This document shows, piece after piece, positions 58,411 to 64,000 of a DNA stretch of 64,000 bases. The position numbers and the translations under genes were made by a program. The stretch is from NCBI RefSeq assembly GCF_018350175.1, contig NC_058368.1:179120001-179184000 (forward strand), read 5' to 3'. This DNA comes from Felis catus (Eukaryota). Position 1 is the stretch's first letter. Every line of letters begins with the position of its first letter. The notes under the pieces were generated by a model. It did not search any database. It had not been told where the DNA came from and was given only the letters and a program-made list of their open reading frames with translations.

Positions 58411-61400
58411 CTGCAAAGAGAAAATAAACAGACAGGTCTCTTATCTACTCTTACAAGCTTATTGCTGGTTTTTGTTGTTGTTCTGCTTGTTTTTAAGTAG
58501 CAAAGAAACTACTGTGAAGTGCTTTAGACCTCAGGCACAAATCCAAGTCTGGAAGGCCCTAGGCTTCAACAAGCTGTTGAAATCATTGCCAACATCTCCA
58601 AAAATCATCTAAAAATACAGAGATCTCACACAACAATGCGAATTTCCTCCTTTTGGAAAAATAGGAGGCCCAGTGACAGTGGCTAGTGCTTCCCCACGGC
58701 CTCAGTAGGCTGACGGCGAGGAGCAGCTGGTCTCATCACACAGAACAGGTGCCTCAACTCACCAGCCTCCACCCAGCCCCTCACTTATTCCCATTACCTG
58801 CCTGGGCCCCGTGTTCAGATGCATGCTTCAACCTCTTCCTTAGAGACGTACAAAGGCTGAGGGAGTTTGGCAAACATACTAAAATTATACCCACAGTTTT
58901 AACAGCAGCAAATGGTGTCTAATATGTGATTTGCAAAAGTTAGTCATTACAAAACAGACAAGTTCAGACATGGGTAAAAGGACACGAATTTTAAAAGATT
59001 CTTGCCTTTGTAAGAACTTCAAAAATGATTCAATTAACAGAAATCCAAATTATACACAGTCTCAAACAAAATGAGCCTCGGTGTAGCAAGTATTGATGAC
59101 TATAATGAGCCCACTGGCCTTTGGAATAATTCAAGCACAGCCAAGTGGTGGCATTTGTCATCTTTGTAAATAAAAAGCGTCTGTCGGGAGCCTCATTAGC
59201 AAACCCTCATTACTGGGCTGACAGATTGTTGTCGAAATATGTTCTCAACAGACATACGTGCAAGCCCCCAAACAAACAAGTTGAAATGCAAAGTCACCAT
59301 TCACAGTCATGAGGCAGCTTGAAGGTCAGGTCCTAAAGAAAACTCAAAGCAACAGGTGCCCACAGTGGCTCCTATTTTGAGAAACAGAAAGAAAGGGAAG
59401 GAGAGAAGGAGAAAAGGAAGGAGAGAAGAAAAAAGTTAGAGAAAAGGAATCTCCTGTTTGGAATAAAGTACTGTTTTAGGCACTCTTCATGTATGAAGTC
59501 TCTTAACCCTCGTGACCGCGATGAGGTAGGAACTATAATTATCCCATTTTACAAAAGAATGACCTACCTGAGGCAGAGAGAAGTTAAGTAATTTGCCCAG
59601 GGTTACACAGATAATAAGTGACAATGTCAGGATTTGAATGCACATGGCCATCACACTGCGCTTCCTGTCTGATACAGGAAGGAGTATGATGGTTGCCTAA
59701 TATTTCCATCCTCTCAATATCTGAATCCCCAAAACTATATCCCTACTAAGCTACTTTCCAGCTGAATACTTCCAGTGCTGGAAAACATCATGAGGCATCA
59801 CATTCTATGTTTACACTCCTAATAATCTGTCCATAACTACTGGGAATAATTAACCATTAGCAATAGCGTCAATGCTGGTAAAGGTTTTGTTTTGTTTCTT
59901 TCAAGTTATAAATTAATCTTCACAATAATCCTATAGAGTAGATACTATTATTGCCTTAGTTTTGCAAATGAAAATAGAGAGGCACAGAATGATTAAGCAG
60001 CTTGCTCATGGTCACACAGCTAGTCGGTGATGTAACTAAGATTTAAACCCAAGCATCTGACTCCACAGAGATGACACTCCACAGCCGTGCACTATAACAA
60101 CTCCTTTGTTTGCAGTTCTACCCCATGCCACCAACTAAATAAGAACATCTTTGGAATATTACTAGCCACCATTTTTTGATTGCTTAATATAGGCAAAGCT
60201 GTATGTTAAGTGTTGTACATGCATTTTCTCATTTAGTCCTCATATCAATACTATGAGCCAAGTATCATCATTCCCATTTTATAGATGAAGAAATTGAAAT
60301 TCAAGTCAGTTGATATACTGAGCCAAATCACACAGCCAGGGTTCAAGGGCAAATCTGTGTGGCTTCAAAGCCAGCCCTCAATGCTTTTCTGCCACATTAG
60401 CCACTGTGTGATGAGTACATATACAGAAAAAGTTCTCTTAGAGCACAAATACAGACAAGGGTCTCATAGTTATAGTGACCTGAATCTACCTGATGGCCAA
60501 AGCCACCAAAATCTACCAGAGACTAGGAAAACAATCAAGGGACCAAAAGTCCCTACCCAGAGCTCATGCGTACATCTGCTTCTCCATGACAGGATCTCCA
60601 TGATCAGGATCCCTTGAATCCCTGGTCCAGGAACTCTGCCTGCTCAGACCCTTGAGGCTCAGTTACCTACGGACACCTTGTAGCTTTTCTGCTTCTTAGA
60701 ACTTCAGCTCACTCCTGAGCAAGGAATCTATTGACTATTACCCAGCATACATGTTCTGTTTCCAAGACTCAAGTTCAATCAACACTGATGGTTCACCTAC
60801 TATGTACATGACACTGGGCTAAGTACTTTCAGAAATAAATATCCTGTGATCCTTGATGAGAAGGGCTTATTACCACCTCCACTTGCAAGATAATTATAAT
60901 GCATTTACTGCATCAGAGCTCTCCTTAGGACTTTTTTCTGACATCTCCACCTCTGCTGGGCCATTGACTTCCATGACTCCTGATGTCGGCTCCCTAATCT
61001 GGTCATCTGTCAGCTATATCTGGCTGTACTCCAAGACCTGACCAGGCAGATAACAATAGTTGGCATCCATAGCAAAATGCACAACAATGAACACCATGAT
61101 CAAAAGCAGGCACACAGCACTTGCCATATCCCAGGACTTGCCCCCAGGCTGAACACCTTTTCCTATTAAATAATAGCAACCCCATCCATGAGATAAGCAC
61201 TTCTGTTTTAATAGTGAACTCATAAAGTACATCCTGGGGGAAGATGAGAAAAGGAAAATGTTTACCATTCTTCTTGACAGTTAGAAAGTACCAATTCTTC
61301 AAACTGTCCTCCCTTCCCACATCCCAAATACTAAAACAAAATGTACCTAAATTCTCTAATCACCTAGCATCTGTGGAGAGTAGGGAGAAAGTTGAGGAAA

Positions 61401-61421
61401 GATTAAAAATATCCCAGGATA

Positions 61422-61642
61422 GAGACGCCTGGGTGGCTCAGTCGGTTGAGCGTCCGACTTCAGCTCAGGTCATGATCTCACAGTACGTGGGTTCAAGCCC
61501 CGCATTGGGCTCTGTGCTGACAGCTCAGATCCTGGAGCCTGCTTCAGATTCTGTGGCTCACTCTGAATCTGTCCCTCCCCCACTCATGCTCTGTCTCTCT
61601 CTCTGTCTCAAAAATAAATAAAGCATTAAAAAAATTTTTTTT
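61422..61642 (+). mobile_element. Can-SINE (SINEC_Fc type)
   Basis: TSD aaatatcccaggata (61407-61421) / aaatattccaggaca (61643-61657). Confidence 0.92.
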
Positions 61643-62426
61643 AAATATTCCAGGACATTAAAAAAAAATCGATGGCCTAAAGATCCAGTCTTCTCTCTGC
61701 TATCTATAAGCAGCATAATTTTTGGTCATGTCACTAAAGCCTGAGTGTTTTCATCTATAAAATGAGGGAAATAACATGCACCCCACAGGGTGTTACAAAC
61801 TATTTTTAAAACATGATTATGAAGTAAACCATCTAGTAACGGTATAAAACCTTGGAGGGGAGGAAAACACCAATTTCAGGATAAGTATTACCTACAGTAT
61901 GGACAAAAAGACAAGAATAGAATAGAGGAGGGATAAACAGAGAGTTTCAAATGCATCTAAACTTTTTATTTCTTGAAGTCTGAAGTAAACGTTGCAAATT
62001 TTAATATTTGTTTATTGAGTGGCAATTGCTTGAATGTATTTTACTTTCCTGTATGATTTTGATTTCCTGTATAATATTAATATCAGATATAAGTTAGCAG
62101 TTATCAGTGGTTAAGAGTGTGCTCTCTGGAAGCAAAGCTCAGGTTTGTATGTAGATCTACAACTTACTGTCTGTGTGATCTTAGACATTTCTCTGAGCCT
62201 CAGTTTTCTTATCTGTAAAATGGAAATAATAATAGTGTCTGTCTCATAAGGCTGAAGTTAGATAAGGAATTCAGAGTTTGTCCAGTGCCTGGCATATGGT
62301 GAGTGTTCAAAATTAGTAAATACTATTCTCTCTTTTAAAAATCAAAAATCAACATCAATAACAACCACTACCAGAGAAAGTTGGCAGGGCATATTTTCTA
62401 TTTTATTTACAGAACGTACAGATTTT

Positions 62427-62580
62427 TTTTAAGTTTATTTATTTATTTTGAGGGCGGGGAGGGATAGAGAGAAAGGGAGAAAGAAAGAATCAAGCTGAGC
62501 TCAAACTCACAAACTGTGAGATCATGACCTGAGCAGAAAACAAGTCAGACACTTAACCGGCTGAGATACCTGGGCGCCCT
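62427..62580 (-). mobile_element. Can-SINE with a large internal deletion
   Basis: Reverse-complement head (tgggcgccc); TSD agaacgtacagatttt (62411-62426) / agaacctacagatttt (62582-62597). Confidence 0.85.
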
Positions 62581-64000
62581 GAGAACCTACAGATTTTGAA
62601 TACCATCACTTTTTCCCAGTGAAGTCCCAACAAAGTAAATGACACATGCTTCAAATTCAACAAAATAGAAGTTTACTGATGATTTCGCCTCACCCTCATT
62701 CAGAAGAGAAGTTCACTTTCACAGGACCTGTCTCTAAAGCAGACCCAAACAAAGGGACATCTCCCTGCAGAGTGGCACTTTAAAAGGATGCCCTGTCAAA
62801 TGTTCATCAAGACCCTCTCTTACCCTAAGAGTAAAGAACTTTGATCACTCTCAGTGGAGTTGTTAGTACAGAAGCTGCTACATGGCTCCGGGTCCACCCT
62901 ACTCTGCGAGTGGTAGATTCAAAATTCTCTTTGCAAACCTCTTGGCAGCCCAACAAGAACGAGGTAATGCACACATGCCAACTTAGAAAGAGCTCCAAAT
63001 ATTTTTAAGTGAGAAAAGCAAATCTCAGAGTGGGATGCACAGTGTGGTCCCATTTCTAGGAAACAACCAAAGCTATGCCTTACCTGAAAAAGCAAAAGAA
63101 ACTATGTTGGCCTCCTCCTTCATACCTTCCCTTTGTTTCATTTTACTGGTGAACAAAATTCAAAATTTCCTTGGGAACCACTGTACAGAAATCTCATTCT
63201 CTTCCCACTAAGAGTGGGCCCCCATGACCCAGACGAGCGTATTTATCAGTGGATGGAATGAGACTTGACCTGTTGTTCTAGAAAGAAAGCAAATAATTCA
63301 AGGGGGAGCATTTAGTCCCTCTGAAGGGTTTAGAAAGAAGAGTCTAAACAAGCAGGATTCCTTCCCAAGACCATCCCCCACTATAGTGTATGTCATCAGA
63401 AAAGAAAGAGAGACAGACAGAGAGACACAGGGGTCTTTGGAGGTGGTAGTCACTGCCTTCAGAGCGCTTGGTATAGCTTCTCCACCCACAAGTCAGACAG
63501 GCATGAGGGGTAGAGTCCAGGAGATTCACAGCTAGGGACATTTGGCATCTCATACCCCAACTACATGACTATTCATGCAGAGGACTGGCTGATCTTTGGG
63601 CTTATTTGATCAAGGAAGACAGAGATTTGGAAAGAAAGCATGCCAAACTCCCTCCCACCCCCAGCCTTGCTTAAGCTGGAGAAGGAGGGGAGGCATTAAA
63701 CTGGATATAAGATTGAAATCTTCTTTTGAAATGTCATTAAATATCAGGAAAGATGTCAACCAAATATGACTGAAGGAAGTGAATGAGGAAAAATAACACT
63801 GATTTTTTTTTTTATGTTTATCCTCCCATAAGGACTTCTGACTGCTCAATAAACATATGTATTTTTGTGTTTTTTACCCAGAACATAGAATCAGAACATA
63901 GAATGTTTATGCTACCTCTGGGTAAAAAGGGCAGCCTGAGAGATATACTATGGACCAAAAAATAAGCATTAGGATATCTAAGGCTTAGCAACAATGGGTA

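Overview
This is mammalian genomic DNA from a feliform carnivore, most likely a felid, judged from Can-SINEs of the SINEC_Fc type and carnivore L1s. The whole window lies inside DOCK2 (dedicator of cytokinesis 2, the haematopoietic Rac GEF) on the minus strand. I traced 20 consecutive coding exons between 58410 and 9464, equivalent to human exons 3-22. All have GT-AG boundaries and join into a 2140-nt, stop-free, phase-consistent frame covering the end of the SH3 domain, the ELMO-binding/helical region, the C2/DHR-1 domain and the start of the ARM region. Exons 1-2 and exons 23 onward fall outside the window. The introns hold a full-length decayed L1 (41668-48900, antisense to DOCK2, with TSDs, two nested SINEs, itself nested in an older L1), a 5'-truncated L1 (about 4788-8056), about a dozen Can-SINEs, MLT/MER21 LTRs, hAT relics, L2/MIR and microsatellites. 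I found no evidence of a new gene or biological system. The best leads are hypotheses: an L1 5'UTR pointing a potential antisense promoter and splice donor at DOCK2 exon 7, an inverted SINE pair with a probable deletion junction, a 24-bp perfect palindrome beside a tandem duplication, and two motif-dense candidate enhancers. Exon numbering, repeat subfamily names and human comparisons come from my recall of those sequences, not from database searches.
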